Counted from the first letter of the stretch, positions 27,203-40,790 are shown. The stretch is 64,000 nucleotides of DNA from Eledone cirrhosa (GCA_964016885.1 OZ024743.1:171492001-171556000); one strand, 5' to 3'. Program-made: numbers and translations. The notes: generated from the letters alone by a model not told the origin.

Positions 27203-27281
27203 ATTTGTATGTATATATGTATATGTGTGTATGTGTGTGTGTGTATATGTATGTATATGTATGTGTGTATTTATATATATA

Positions 27282-27326
<45 letters not shown>

Positions 27327-27327
27327 A

Positions 27328-27384
<57 letters not shown>

Positions 27385-27722
27385 ATGTGTGTATATATGT
27401 GTGTATATATATGTGTATATGTATGTGTCTGTGTATGTGTATGTGTGTATGTATGTATATATGTGTGTATATGTGTGTGTATGTGTGTATATATATATAT
27501 ATATGTGTGTATGTGTATGTATGTATATATATATATATATATATGTATGTATATATATATATATATGTATATATATATGTGTGTATATGTATATATATAT
27601 ATATGTATATGTATATGTATGTGTATATATGTATATATATGTGCGTGAGAGAGAGAGTGTGTATATATATTTTGTGTGTGGGTGTGTGTATGTGTGTATG
27701 CGCGTGTGTGTATATATATATA

Positions 27723-27777
<55 letters not shown>

Positions 27778-27881
27778 GTGTGTGTATATATGCGTTATAT
27801 GTCTGTATATATATGTGTATATTTATGTATAGGTCTGTGTATGTATGTGTATGTCTATATATGTATGGATATATATATGTG

Positions 27882-27979
<98 letters not shown>

Positions 27980-28158
27980 AATATATATGTGTGTATATGT
28001 GTGTGTGTATAGATATTTATACATATGTATACTCGTGTTTGTATGTATGCGTGTGAGTGTATTTATTTGTGTATATATGTGTGTGTGTGTGTATGTATGT
28101 GTATGTGTGTGTGTGTATCTGTTTGTATATATATATATATATATATGTGTGTGCGTGT

Positions 28159-28212
<54 letters not shown>

Positions 28213-28245
28213 ACACGCACACATATATATATATATATATATATA
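26990..28245. repeat. Compound (AT)n/(GT)n microsatellite, ~1.25 kb
   Basis: Almost pure alternating purine-pyrimidine sequence; source of many spurious ORFs. Confidence 0.97.
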
Positions 28246-28689
28246 GGGAGCTCTCAAGACTCAATAGCCATCCAAAATCACCGGGAGAGATGACCCCTTA
28301 GCCTTTGTCAAGGCAGAATTCTAGGAGAAGGAAAACTCTGATATAACACCTGCAACCCTGATGGTATCCAATGATGTTGACTTGTTCTTCTTTTTGGTAA
28401 ATATCATCTTGGTTAAGAGAGTGGGACTGGCTTTGTGCAGTGCCTTTGCTCACTATAAAAGCTTCACAGCACAGGCATTGCTTTATATCTGGAGATCTCT
28501 CTGCACTTGTCATCCCATGGTACCATGGGCCCTGCACTATGTGTCAATAATGGTCACAAGTGTAGTCTTTGTACCAGAGTTTTCAAGTCGCTGGCTGGTC
28601 TAAAAAGTCACATTCGTTCAGCGCATCGGTAGGGGTTCTCCTACATGGATATAAAGTAGTGGCCGTACTCGAAAACGAGTTGGCAGCCA

Positions 28690-28727
<38 letters not shown>

Positions 28728-29387
28728 GTATTATATATGTATGTATGTATGTGTGTATGTATGTGTGTGTACATGAATATATATTTATATATATTTATAT
28801 ATTTTTATATATGTGTGTGTGTTTTTATGTGTGTATATGTGTTTGTGTGTGTGTTTATGGTTGCGCGTAAGTGTGTGAGTGAGTATGTGTTTTTTTGTTT
28901 TTTTGTTTTTTTGTTTTTTTGTGAATGTGTCTGTTGATTTTTGGCATATAGTTGATTAGTTTAAGAGAAGTTCGAAGATAATAGTAAGATATGCACTCAG
29001 TTTTTTTAATCTGTCTGCAGAATTCTCTAGACCTTTGTCACTTGGTAGAACCTTAATGACTTTAGCTTTTAAAGAATCTCCCTTTTCTTTAATTCTATCG
29101 ACCACGACTGACCCCCCACTGATTTTATAGACATCTGTTACCTTAAGAGAAACTTATTGACAAGGAATGGTATGCCATCCGGAACCTGTTTATAGAATTC
29201 TGTCTGCCTTTGTTACTCTAAAAACATAAATAAATATAAATAAAAATAAAAATAAACTATAGCTTTGTAGAATTAGCTTTTAATGAATTCCCTTTTCTAT
29301 CAACCAATGACCTGCACCCATCCCACTCCCCACCCTCTCCTACCACTTGTAGAGACCTATAAATACCATATTTATTTTTTGATACCC

Positions 29388-29438
29388 AGATTCCTGATGA
29401 TTTCTAATGAATGAAACAGTTCTAGTCCTGTAGAATCT
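29388..29438 (+). ncRNA. Type I hammerhead, canonical core
   Basis: AGATTC-CTGATGA-tTTC taat GAAt-GAAA-CAG ttctagtc CTG-TA-GAATCT; GUA site, predicted cut after 29432. Confidence 0.88.
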
Positions 29439-29520
29439 CATCTATATTAAAACTGCTATACTCTGCTATGTATTGAGTACCTTACTTACTGTGGTTGCCT
29501 CCGATTCAACCCGGAATAAC

Positions 29521-29578
<58 letters not shown>

Positions 29579-29599
29579 ATATATATATATATATGTATA

Positions 29600-30330
29600 A
29601 GGAAAAAAGATGAAATCGGAAATGCAACTGGAGTCTTTTTTTTTTAAATATATATGTATTTGGTTCCTTTACCGGTTTCGCAGTTCTTCTGATTTTCAAA
29701 AGTAGAATTGAGATGGAAGGTCTGTGGTTTTTCTCACATCTGGTTGGTCTTTGAATGTTACTTCTGTTTCATATGGAAAAAAGTGGCTTGAAATGCCAGG
29801 TGTTTAGAGAAGTAATTTGGCTGGTTGGTGAATAAGTATAATAAATCGCGCGCGCGCCACCTTTTTTTAAGTAAAAAGAAATTCAAACACAAACTGGCGC
29901 AAAAGCTGATGTGCTTATTTACGTGACTGCATCAACCAACCAAACTTCACTCATATATGAAAAAATAACCTGAGCTCCCTCTTTGTTTGAAGAACTTTGT
30001 AACGCGAACTGGCGCGAAATGTATTATACTTATTCACCAACCAACCAAATTACTTCTCTAAAAACCTGGCATTTCGAGCCACTTTTTTCCATATGAAACA
30101 GATGTAACATTCAAAGACCAACCAGATGTGAGCAAAACCACCGACTCCCCATCTCGATTCTACTTTTGAAAAGCAGAAGAACTTTGAAACCGGTAAAGGA
30201 ACCAAATAAATATATATTTAAAAAAAAAAAAGACTCCAGTTGCATTTTCGATTTCATCTTTTTCCTTATACTTTCACTCGTGTAGGACACCTCGGTTATT
30301 TTTCATTTTGTAAAATAAACCCTCACTTTC
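29600..30330. mobile_element. Inverted pseudo-LTR pair (29600-29845 / 30025-30265) of the family ending at 58150-58690
   Basis: Reverse-complement arms, each with a TTGAAAA hammerhead (29664-29707 -, 30158-30201 +) carrying stem II lesions. Confidence 0.85.
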
Positions 30331-30331
30331 T

Positions 30332-30420
<89 letters not shown>

Positions 30421-30439
30421 TATATATAATATATATTAT

Positions 30440-31100
30440 AAAGAAAGAAGAAATATTAGATATAAATAAATACCCATTTTTTCTTCAAATTCCCCACTGT
30501 ACAGTTTCGTGGCTACTATGCAAAAATCCTATATCATAGAGATGTAAAATTTTTGTGAGGTATGCCGACTTTTCAAGGGAACACCTCATGGAAAATTTTC
30601 AGAACAAGTCTGCATCGCACGAAAGAATCTCTTAAAGGCGGAGGGAGACCCTATCACGTGATACAGTGTTCAAGAAATGGGGCTAAATCCCTTGTAGCAA
30701 TGAAAAATATCACAGAAGGCGGAGGGGATATTAATATGATGCAGAGGCTAAAGAAGGGGGGTGGGGTAAGGAAGACTAGAAGTGTATATAGTACTAGCCT
30801 TCTGTGATATTTTTCATTGCTACAAGGAATTTAGCCCCATTTATTGACCACTATATCACGTGGTAGGGTCTCCCTCCGCCTTTTCGAGATTCTTTCGCGC
30901 GATGGAGATTCTTTCGCGCGATCCAGACCTGTTCTGAAATTTTTCCATGAGGTGTTTCCTTGAAAAGTCGGGATACCTCACAAAAATGTTACATCTCTAT
31001 GATATAGGATTTTTGCATAGTAGCCACGAAACTGTACAGTGGGGAATTTGAAGAAAAAATGGGTATTTATTTGTGTCTAATATTTCTTCTTTCTTTATAA
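30440..31100. repeat. Long inverted repeat (about 30440-30720 / 30798-31100)
   Basis: Arms ~280-300 bp, spacer ~75 bp; each arm has a hammerhead motif. Confidence 0.9.
30490..30581 (-). ncRNA. Type I hammerhead motif, U3-A8 core, extended stem II, G17 (mirror 30955-31046, +)
   Basis: TTCCC-TTGAAAA-GTcGGC..CAAAAATTTTA/TAGGATTTTTG..GCCAC-GAAA-CTGTACAG-TG-GGGAA. Confidence 0.72.
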
Positions 31101-31293
31101 TATATTACATAGCTCTGATATAGAGTCAATTTAATTATTCCGATTATCATGTCTCTGATAGTCACCGAGGAACACTGTGTAATGTCCACAGCACACAATC
31201 TCACATACTTGTGAAAAATGTATGTGTATATATGCATGTATATGTATGTATACACATATATCTGTGTACCTCTCATTATTGTATATATATATA

Positions 31294-31825
31294 GGCGGTG
31301 GATTGGCAGTATCGGTAGAGGGTCTGACGCTATGCTTTGCAGCAAAGAGTTACGCCCCTTTATGGTTTGAGTTCAAATCCCGCCGAGGTTAACTTTGCCT
31401 TTCATCCTTACGGGGTCGATAAAATAAAGTACCAGTAATGCACTGGATAATTGCTGGCCTTGTGCCAAAAGTAGAAACAATTATTGTATATATATATATG
31501 TGGATTGGCAGTATCGGTAGAGGGTCGGACGCCATGCTTTCCAACATAGTTACGTCCCTTTACGATCTGAATTCAAATCCCGCCGAGGTTGACTTTGCCT
31601 TTCATCCTTACGGGGTCGATAAATAGAGTAATGCACTGGGTATTTGCTGGACTTGTGCCTAAAGTAGAAACAATTATTGTATATATATATATATAGTTAC
31701 GGTCCTTGCCATTCTGAGTTCAAAGTTTACTTTGCCTTTCATCCTTACGGGGTCGATAAAATAAAGTACCAGTAATGCACTGGGTAATTGCTGGCCTTGT
31801 GCCAAAAGTAGAAACAATTATTGTA
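31294..31825 (+). mobile_element. Three tandem tRNA-derived SINE copies
   Basis: GGCGGTGGATTGGCAGTATCGG (A-box), GAGTTCAAATCC (B-box), GCCTTTCATCCTTACGGGGTCGATAAAATAAAGTACCAG core (Meta-domain-like), tail GTAGAAACAATTATT. Confidence 0.9.
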
Positions 31826-31834
31826 TATATAGTT

Positions 31835-34800
31835 AAAGAATGAAGAGTAACATGGTTGGCTGTACAATAAGGGCTTTATTTAAATTACTGACAATTGTTT
31901 CGTTTAACAGGTGAGTCTAGAGTTTGCTAATCGCTTGAGTTTGCGTCACTCGATCTCCAATATATTAGTTACCTCTGGTCAACACATCAGAGTACATAGA
32001 TATGAAAATAATTCACTCGAGGCAAGACTTATATAGAAAAATAGCGTATAATTAAAACAACCTCTAACTGGATTACCTAGAACGATAACTTGTTATCCCA
32101 TATATCCAGCTCCCACTAGGTTGAGCAACAACCTTAACGCATGGCACTAACATAGAAAAGCACCACATAGGCATGTTACTGAAAAACATACCTATACCTA
32201 CAAACAAGGACTATACACTCGGCATGATACAGCGTACTAATGATTTCATCCGTCGAATCCGATGGAAGGCCTACCATTACGATAAAGGACACGCTAATAA
32301 CACGGAGGAATTTACTAGGAAAAAATACGGATTCAAATCCTGCAAAAATCCACCAAATAACCCCCAGCTCGACCTCATGAACATGATAAGTGTAACTAAA
32401 TTAAAAAACGGACACATCACAAATTGCAAAACGACATCAATGCACTACTAAAAAAACTACGCAACACCAACGGTATTATAGTAAAAGCGGACGTATACAC
32501 CATGAGCCTTAATACATACAATCATTTTATACGCCGTGAATTGCACAAAAAATACAAAAAGACAACAGAATCTTCACTCACTAGCATTAATAAGGAAGGG
32601 CTTAGCATAGTAAAAAAACTGAAAATATCTTATAGATCCGAGCCTCTAACCCCCTTTAACCCCACATTTAATCTAAAGGATCACAAAAATAATTTCGAAA
32701 TAGGCCCCACAATTAGATTAATATGCCCATCTAAGTCGGATATAGGCAGAATTAGCAAGCATATACTAGATAGAGTAATCGCACAAATTAAGGAGAAAAC
32801 TAATAATTAAGCTATGGGGTAACACTAACGAAGCAATAGATTGGTTCAGCAAAATAAACAGTAGAGAAACATCTAACTTCGTACAGTTCGACATTAATGA
32901 CTACTACTCATCCATATCCCCAGTCACCCTGGGTAAAGCGCTAACCTTTGCCCAGAAAAATTCGGACCTTACCTCGGACGAAATTAAAATAATAGGAATT
33001 TACAGAGACGATACACTCCTTCTAGCCAAAAACTTAAACAATCAAAATATGGAAAAATTATGAAAAAACATCAGTCTTCTTCAACAAACTAGGCCTAGGT
33101 ATCACTTTCGAACTTAACTCTAAAAAAGCAAATTTCTTAGATGTAACACTCAACCTAAACACAGGATTAATAGAGCCCTTCCATAAGAATAACGAAAATC
33201 TAGCCAACATTAGTTATTACTCAACCCCCACTCGATCCCTAATTAACTCCATAGCACATAGTATATCCCTCAGAATATCCCGCCTATCTTCTAACCTAGA
33301 AATGTTTAACGAACACGCAAACTATTATAACATAGCTTTACATAAAGTTGGACATAAGGAGAAGCTGGAATACATACTAGATAGAGACAACAACAACAAA
33401 CCTAACGACAACAACACTACCCGCTCATATAGAAATAACAAGCATATGACTAAGTATAGAATTAGACAACGAGCGCCAAAAATAACTGAACAGAACACTA
33501 ATATAAGGACCCCAAAAACTATAGAAGATCCAGAGATAGAAAGTACCTATTGTTCAATCCAATATTCAACTCCTGTATAAAAACTAAACTACCTTCTACA
33601 TTCTTTAAACTAATAGATAAGCACTTCCCTACACTACACAAATACCATAAAATCTTTAATAGAAAAACTATAAAACTTTCCTACTCTACTGCAGCCAACA
33701 TAGTATCGCACATACGTAAGATCAACCACAAAATTATCTCTAAAGAAATTAACCTACCAACATGCACCATAACACCAAATACAAAACACAAACACATAAC
33801 AACATCACAACCACAAACGCATCTGAACGCATAACAACAAAACATTAATAGGCCTAAATCACAACCCACCCACAACAATGAACCTGCACAAAATAAAACC
33901 TGTAATTGCCACCTACCGGATAACTGCCCACTACAGAATAGATGCCTGGATTCGAGTATGGTATACCTGTGTACTGTAGATTCAGGCAACTCTACTTGGC
34001 ACTACATAGGTTCCACGGCTGGGGCGGTGAAGAAAATGTGGTACGTCCACAGACACTCCATGAAGAACCGTGGACTGGAGGACTCTTAGCCGCTCGCCAA
34101 TAAAATCTGACGACTTAAGGACAAAAACCTAGAATATAAGATTAGCTGGTCAAAATTATCGGTAGCAAGAGCCTAAAGCAACGGAATGTCCCACTGGGGG
34201 CTTTGTAATTTAGAACTACTACATATTTTAAGGTACGATGGGATGCTGCTTAACATCAAAATAGAAAGATCAATTTTCTGTAGGCATAAAATAGCTATTA
34301 CATTCACAAACTTCAAGCCACCATGATTTGAACCAGCAACCCCAAAATTAGTACTGAACCACCTAGATTTTAACATATAGAATACACACCATCGCACTGC
34401 TATTATCTGTCAAACGGCCAACTAGTCACTGGATCATAAATCTCTGAACATTTCTTTCACCCTCTCTCCCTGAAACAGTATCAACCCTATTAAGATAGAA
34501 CAATCAGCAAAACATTTACAACAAGCGTCTATCAAGCGTCCCGTCATCACTAGCCCATAAATCTCACACATGTATCCACCAATTAATCACTAATTTATTG
34601 TATTTTCTTTTATCTGCCACTACATCGGACCCTCTACACGTATCTATGTACATCTTGAATCTGGTTTTTCATGTTAGCACTAAACTCACCAATGGATCCT
34701 TATAAGAACACTTATTCAAAAACTGCTACTAGCATACTATGTACTTACACGCTCTCACTTATTTATTTATTTATATTTTTCATTCTCTCATTTCCTTATT

Positions 34801-35280
34801 TTCTAATGTACCCATCTTATCTTTTTACTTTTTACATCTGTCACTTCTCTACCTATTTACCATATATGTTTTATTATTGATGTTATTGTTTTGATTATAC
34901 GCTATTTTTCTATATAAGTCTTGCCTCGAGTAAATTATTTTCATATCTACGTACTCTGATGTGTTTACCAGAGATAAATAATGTATTGGAGATCGAGTGA
35001 CGCAAACTCAAGCGATTAGTGAACTCTAGACTCACCTGATCAACGAAACAATTGTCAGTACTTTAAATAAAGCCCTTGTTGTATGGCCAACCATGTTAGA
35101 CTTCATTCGTTAACTATTATTACTCCAAGTATAACCTGCATAGAAATTACCGCGAATTCGCTGCATAACTATGGAAGCATCTTGTTGAGTCAAACAAACC
35201 CGTACGTTAAAACTCTCTACGACGTAGAGTACTCACAACCTCTAACTAAATTACCTATAACGATAACTTGTTATCCCATA
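31835..35280 (+). mobile_element. Near-full-length decayed PLE with inverted 5' pseudo-LTR (31835-32050) and 3' pseudo-LTR
   Basis: KNIPIP..FIRRIRWKAYHY, RLICPSKSDIGRISK, QFDINDYYSSI, GIYRDD, FNPIFN..DKHFP and GIY-YIG; 34900-35110 inverts 31835-32050; 35237-35280 repeats the leader at 32058-32105. Confidence 0.92.
34951..35061 (+). ncRNA. Type I hammerhead, A9U core, 82-nt stem II (mirror 31886-31994, -)
   Basis: GTACT-CTGATGT-GTT[..]AAC-GAAA-CAATTG-TC-AGTAC; CTGATGT present in both copies. Confidence 0.78.
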
Positions 35281-35390
35281 TATATATATATATAAATGAA
35301 ATACCAATGATGGTTGGAAAATCACTGACGAAGGACTATTTTTATCATATGTAACCCATGTGCAATCACGCAGTATTCTTCTTTCTTCTC

Positions 35391-35444
<54 letters not shown>

Positions 35445-35864
35445 TAAGGTTATGCAGGAAATGCTTAGTATTATCCTGAATGCAGTAATGGTTAATTACT
35501 ACACTAGATAGAGTCGACGTACGGTGAGGCGTTACTCAACGAGTTATCGAAGAATAGTTAAAGAAGCTGAGTTTCTGATTCTTCTGTAATCCGGAGTGTA
35601 GATAAAGAATGAATAATAAAACAGGTAGACATCATAAAAAGGTAATTTATTCCGAGTGCTTACAAATGTTTCAACAGTAGTTACACAGCCTAGTCATGCT
35701 ATGTGCAAATTGGTAGTTATTTATTTGCAGATACTCAATTTTCAAATGCTGCTTCTCCTATCTATCTTCAGAGCAGAATGGTTAAAGTGTAAATTCCCTT
35801 GAATTTCTTAAAGGATATTATTGGGGAAGATAGAGTAGAAAAAGGAAGAGAGAAAGAAGGGAGA

Positions 35865-35910
<46 letters not shown>

Positions 35911-35921
35911 TAGCGAGAGAG

Positions 35922-35993
<72 letters not shown>

Positions 35994-36592
35994 TGTAGGA
36001 GTCTGAAAAATAGGAGAGAATACAGATAGCTTAATCCAAATGTTGTGATAGGGGTCCAACAAGTGGTTTTATTATACTGCTTACTCTCAAAGTGACAACT
36101 GAGGTATTGTGTTGATAATGTTAAGTTGGAATTATTTATTTCCACAGAGAGCAGGTTGATAGATGTGCAGAGAGAAGAAGGTAGACAGAGAGAGAGAGAG
36201 GGGAAGGGAGAGTGAGAAAGAAAGAGAGAGAGATAGTGGACAGGGAAAAGCTAAGGACAGTATACATCGAGTTCATAGTTGTAGTCTGCTAATAGCACTC
36301 AAGTACTACCTATCCGAAAGATGCCCATTGAAGAATAATGCCTAGAGTCCAACATTGTTTATCAATGCACGGTCAAATCGAACGACCAGAAATGGTATTA
36401 CATCGGGTCTACCACTACCTCCTTTAAATCTCGCTGGTATCGTCATCGATTTTCGATTAAACATCCTGAGCACCGTCTTGTAACCATGCTCGCCAATAAG
36501 ACCAGGCAACTCCGTGAATGCAACCGGCAGTTCACCTTGAAATGGGATAAATTATCCAGCGCTAGTGCATAATATATATATATATATATATA

Positions 36593-36720
36593 TACGAGGT
36601 GGGTCAAAAAAGTTCCAGGACTGATGTCACAAAAGATTTATTTCAAACACAAGCTTCACACTCCTTCAAAGTAATCCCCTTGGAGTCTAATGCACTTCTC
36701 CATCTTTTTCTGCCACGCTT
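36593..36720 (-). mobile_element. mariner 3' end fragment
   Basis: TACGAGGTGGGTCAAAAAAGTTCC TIR-like end at a TA; minus frame AWQKKMEKCIRLQGDYFEGV*. Confidence 0.75.
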
Positions 36721-38443
36721 AATTTGAATACAGGACTGATACAACCCTTCCACAAGATAAATGAGAACCTTACCTATATTAATTGTAACTCGAATCACCC
36801 ACTTTCCATGATCAAATCGGTTCCTCGTAGTATTTCTCTCAGAATCTCTCGCCTATCGTCTAACTCTGAGATTTTCAGTGAACATGCTGAATACTATAAT
36901 AACGCATTAAGTAATGCAGACCACCGGGATAAAATAGAATACATTGATAAGAATCTCCATAGCACACATAGCTACACACGAAATCAAAGAATATGTAACA
37001 GGGGTACAGAAATACAAGCGCACACACGCAGTACCACCAGACATACTAATAATAGAAAATCATCACCAAACTCAAATATATTATACTGTAGAAAGTATAT
37101 CTGGTATAATCCCACTTTTAATGCTTCGATTAGTACAAAACTATCTCTTTCATTCTTTAAGTTAATTAACAAACATTTCCCCAATTCCCATAAATACAGT
37201 AAAATTCTAAACTCTAAGACTGTTAAGCTATCATACTCCACTGCACCAAACCTTGAAGAATACATAAAAAAAACTTAACTTAAAGCAATTATTAAACAAC
37301 ACTACAAAACAAAATATTTTAGAAACAGATGAGCATAACGTAATATCAGCCTCCCAACCACCAAATGGGATACGTGTATTACACAACCCGCCTGAACTGT
37401 TATCCCAACCTATCCAGGGTACACCTAGTACCCACAACAAAAACTGCAACTGCCACCTACCCGAAAGATGCCCATTGAAGAATAAATGCCTAGAGTCCAA
37501 CATTGTTTATCAATGAACTGTCGAATCGAACGACCAGAAATGGTATTACATCGGGTCTACCATTACCTCATTTAAATCTCGTTGGTATCGTCATCGACTT
37601 TCGATTAAACATCCTGAACACCGTCTTGTAACCATGCTTGCCAATAAGACCTGGCAACTCCGTAAATGCAACCGGCAGTTCACCTTGAAACGGGATAAAC
37701 TATCCAGTGCTAGTGCATATCGGAGTGGATTAAAGTACTGCAGATTATGCAACCTTGAACTCTTTTATATCTTAAAATCCCAAAACAACTTACTAAATGA
37801 CAGAATCGAACGATCGTTATACTGCAACTTCAAACTGAAGGCTAAATTTTCTCACTATCAAATAACTTAACATTCGAACCTGAGACTACGAACCACTTTC
37901 TCGCTAACTAATTTCACTTAATAACTACTTCCTAACTATCCCCCCACTACTGCCAGCCAGTACCCTGCTTACCATTATAAATGGATACTTGAGTGCGATT
38001 AGCAGACTACAACTATCAACTCGATCTATACAGCCTTTCCTTCCCCTTCTCGTAGCTTTTCTCTGTCCTCCCCTCTCTCTCTCTCTTTCTTTCTCTCTCT
38101 CCCTTCCTCTCTCTCTCTCACCTTCTGTCTACCTCCCTCCCTCTCCACATCTATCAACCTGCTCTCTGTGGCAATAAATAATTCCAAACTTGACAGTATC
38201 AACACAATGCCTAAGTTGTCACTTTGAGAGTAAGCAGTATAATATAACCACTTGTTGGACCCTATCACAACATTTAGATTAAGCTATCTGTATTCTTCAA
38301 ACCACTCTCTCCCATTTCTCCGACCCCTACATTTCTATCTCACTCTCCCTCTCTCTCTCTCTCCCCTTCTTTCTCTCTTCCTTTTTCTACTCTATCTTCC
38401 CCAATAACATCCTTTAAGAAATACAAGGGAATTTACACTTTAA

Positions 38444-38574
38444 CCGATCTGCTCTGAAGACACGGTAGGAGAAGTATCATTTGAAAATTGAATATCTGTA
38501 AATAAATAACTACCAATTTGCACATAGCATGACTAGGCTGTGTAACTACTGTTGAAACATTTGTAAGCACTCGG
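38444..38574 (+). ncRNA. Type I hammerhead with 93-nt stem II (mirror 35652-35775, -)
   Basis: ccga..TGCT-CTGAAGA-cACGGTAG[..]CTACTGTt-GAAA-CAttTG-TA-AGCA-c-tcgg. Confidence 0.75.
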
Positions 38575-38637
38575 AATAAATTACCTTTTTATGATATCTA
38601 CCTGTTTTATTATTCATTCTTTTTATAAATATATATA

Positions 38638-38771
<134 letters not shown>

Positions 38772-38924
38772 GTAAACGACACAGTGGGATGAAGAGATAT
38801 TAACGCTAGATATAATAGTGAAAGAGTGTTTACATTCCGGATACACATACATGTCCCATCTCACGACACATTCTTTTATGATCCTCAACCTTTTTTCACA
38901 GATATTTAAAAAAGAATTGTTTAC

Positions 38925-39094
38925 ATGTAGGGCGAATCGGAAGCGTTGAACGTATCACCGGGTTGCAGGAGGAAACGTTTCTGTTCAATGATATAATTGT
39001 CCTTGCCGTCAGCTTTAATGTTGACCACTGGGTATCCCATCTGGCGCGTCCACGTATCCATTATTGTCTTAATTTGATATCTTCCGTTCACTGT
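38925..39094 (-). CDS. Internal exon of an M1-family aminopeptidase (aminopeptidase N / glutamyl aminopeptidase-like)
   Basis: Acceptor tctttcatcttcAG, donor GTaaac; 170 nt; translates TVNGRYQIKTIMDTWTRQMGYPVVNIKADGKDNYIIEQKRFLLQPGDTFNASDSPY. IMDTWTxQMGYPVV and Q-x-RFL are M1 aminopeptidase hallmarks. Ends in phase 2. Absent from the ORF track. Confidence 0.93.
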
Positions 39095-39989
39095 CTGAAG
39101 ATGAAAGACAAAGCAATAGAGAATGTAGCAGACAGGGAAAACAAGATAGGAAGTGAGTTAGGAAATAGATAAAATGAATTAAATTGGGTTTGGAAATGGA
39201 AGGAAAGATATGATTATAGGAAACATGAAGGTGGAATGAAGAAGACTGCTTTAATACATGATAAATATTACAAGCTATCTACACTTCTCCCTTGTGACGT
39301 AAATGGTTTAAAGAGATAAATACACTATAGCGGTTATACACCACGTTGGGTGTATAAATTTGGGTGTAATAATTATGTAAATATACGTTTGGTCACACAC
39401 ACACACACACATACACACACACACACATATATATATATATACCACCATGTGTTTGTTTCCTTCCCTCTGATTTCACTCTCGGCTGGCCCCTTCCTCCCAC
39501 TTTCACTCGCTCCCTCTCTGCTTCTCCTCCCCCCTATCACTTCCTCCCGTCTGACCTGCTTGAATTTCTTTCCTCTCTCAATCTTCTCGCGACTCGGACG
39601 TGTCTATTTCTCCTCGTCAATTTGATTTGTCGGGCTTAAGCCCACAGGATTCATTGACTTGTTTCTATTTTCCTCTCTTTACGTTGCATACCACCATGTG
39701 TTTGTTTCCTTCCCTCTGTTTTCCCACTGTCCCGATAACTTAATTGAGTTATCGCTCGCACTGACTTTAGGTATCTAGTCTTTAATGCAGCGAAATACCA
39801 ACGATAATCAGCAGACTACTAAAGTGGACATTTTACCCCTTGTCTATTTTTATTCATATATATATGTATAAAAGGATATAAATAATTTTCTATATGGATA
39901 GTAAACACAACCACAAGGATATGGTCCGAACGTGGAAGATCCGAACTCCCACTGTCATCGCCTCCATCTCTCTGTATGGTGAGCAAATG

Positions 39990-40790
39990 GGATCCCACGT
40001 GCTGGCATCCCTACAGCACCGGCGGACAGAATGGAGAAGGCGTTTCCCCGGAGGATGTTAAGGGAGATGCGATGGAAGAGCCATGCCATCTAGCGAGGCT
40101 TACACCTGTGGCTGGCCAGCTCAGCGCCTATGGCGGTGAGTAGAGGAGTAGCCCTAGGGCCAAGGAAAGCGACCGGTACTTGGAGAGTTTGCCTCCTCAG
40201 TCGACGTGCAGCAGAACCTGGGTTAGTCGCAGACTGCACCAGGTTGCGGCTGGAGAAAGTGTCGCTGCAAGTGGCATCCCAGACGAGGGGTTTGCCACAA
40301 CGGAACGGGAAGATGGTCATACCGTCTAGCTTTTTGCCGTCCCTCGATCCAGCCCCACTGGCTCGAGGCGGGAGGGGAAGCGGGTGAAGACGGAAAGAGT
40401 CCACGGTGCATTTACAGTGACATTTATCTGGCTCGCAGATCCAGAGGCCAAACCTCAGGGAAACGCCGATGCGCAGGCTATCGTTATTCAGCTACGTGCC
40501 AGTGGAGAAGGAGGGCAAGGCATGGAGCCAGGCACCGCTGTGGGGTTTGGAGGCTGCGCGAAAACAGGCAAAGCGGTGGGGTTGAGCTGGCGCGTGAGCC
40601 TGTGTGAGGCCAGACTGCACTGGATGGCATCCCAAGTGCCTTGGGGGGACTTGACGTCAGCAGGAGGAGAAGGAGGAGGGACGTCTACTGGGCTAAGTCC
40701 CAGCCGGTCCCACGTCTCTCAGGCGGCCTCACCACGTTCCCCGATCACAGAGGGTTCCATTGTATTTTGGAGAACCCTGGTGACGGGGAC
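39990..40790 (-). mobile_element. CRE-like non-LTR retrotransposon 3' fragment (REL endonuclease)
   Basis: RDGKKLDGMTIFPFRCGKPLVWDATCSDTF matches the PDG..PW..G..LVWD.T REL motif; ISLNILRGNAFSIL C-terminal motif; GC-rich island. Confidence 0.78.

Larger units (their letters stand above)
26645..29460. mobile_element. Inverted pseudo-LTR pair (26645-26985 / 29108-29455) enclosing microsatellite and a retroelement remnant (28250-28690)
   Basis: Arms are near-identical reverse complements; right arm holds an intact hammerhead; related sequence at 1730-1910. Confidence 0.85.
35610..38625 (+). mobile_element. 5'-truncated PLE with inverted pseudo-LTRs (about 35610-36290 / 38005-38625)
   Basis: ORF remnants 36724-37870 (PFHKINENL..SNHP, WYNPTFN, CNCHLPERCPLKNKCL, YIGST); duplicated GIY-YIG piece at 36305-36570. 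Confidence 0.9.

Noticed and set aside
26957-28301. Long ORFs (up to 431 aa) rich in YI/VC/HT, here and at the other microsatellites
   Set aside because: Translations of (AT)n/(GT)n/(AG)n tracts that lack stop codons; no coding signal.
31294-31390. tRNA gene suggested by A and B boxes
   Set aside because: Head of a multi-copy tRNA-derived SINE; no cloverleaf, and it is followed by SINE core and tail.
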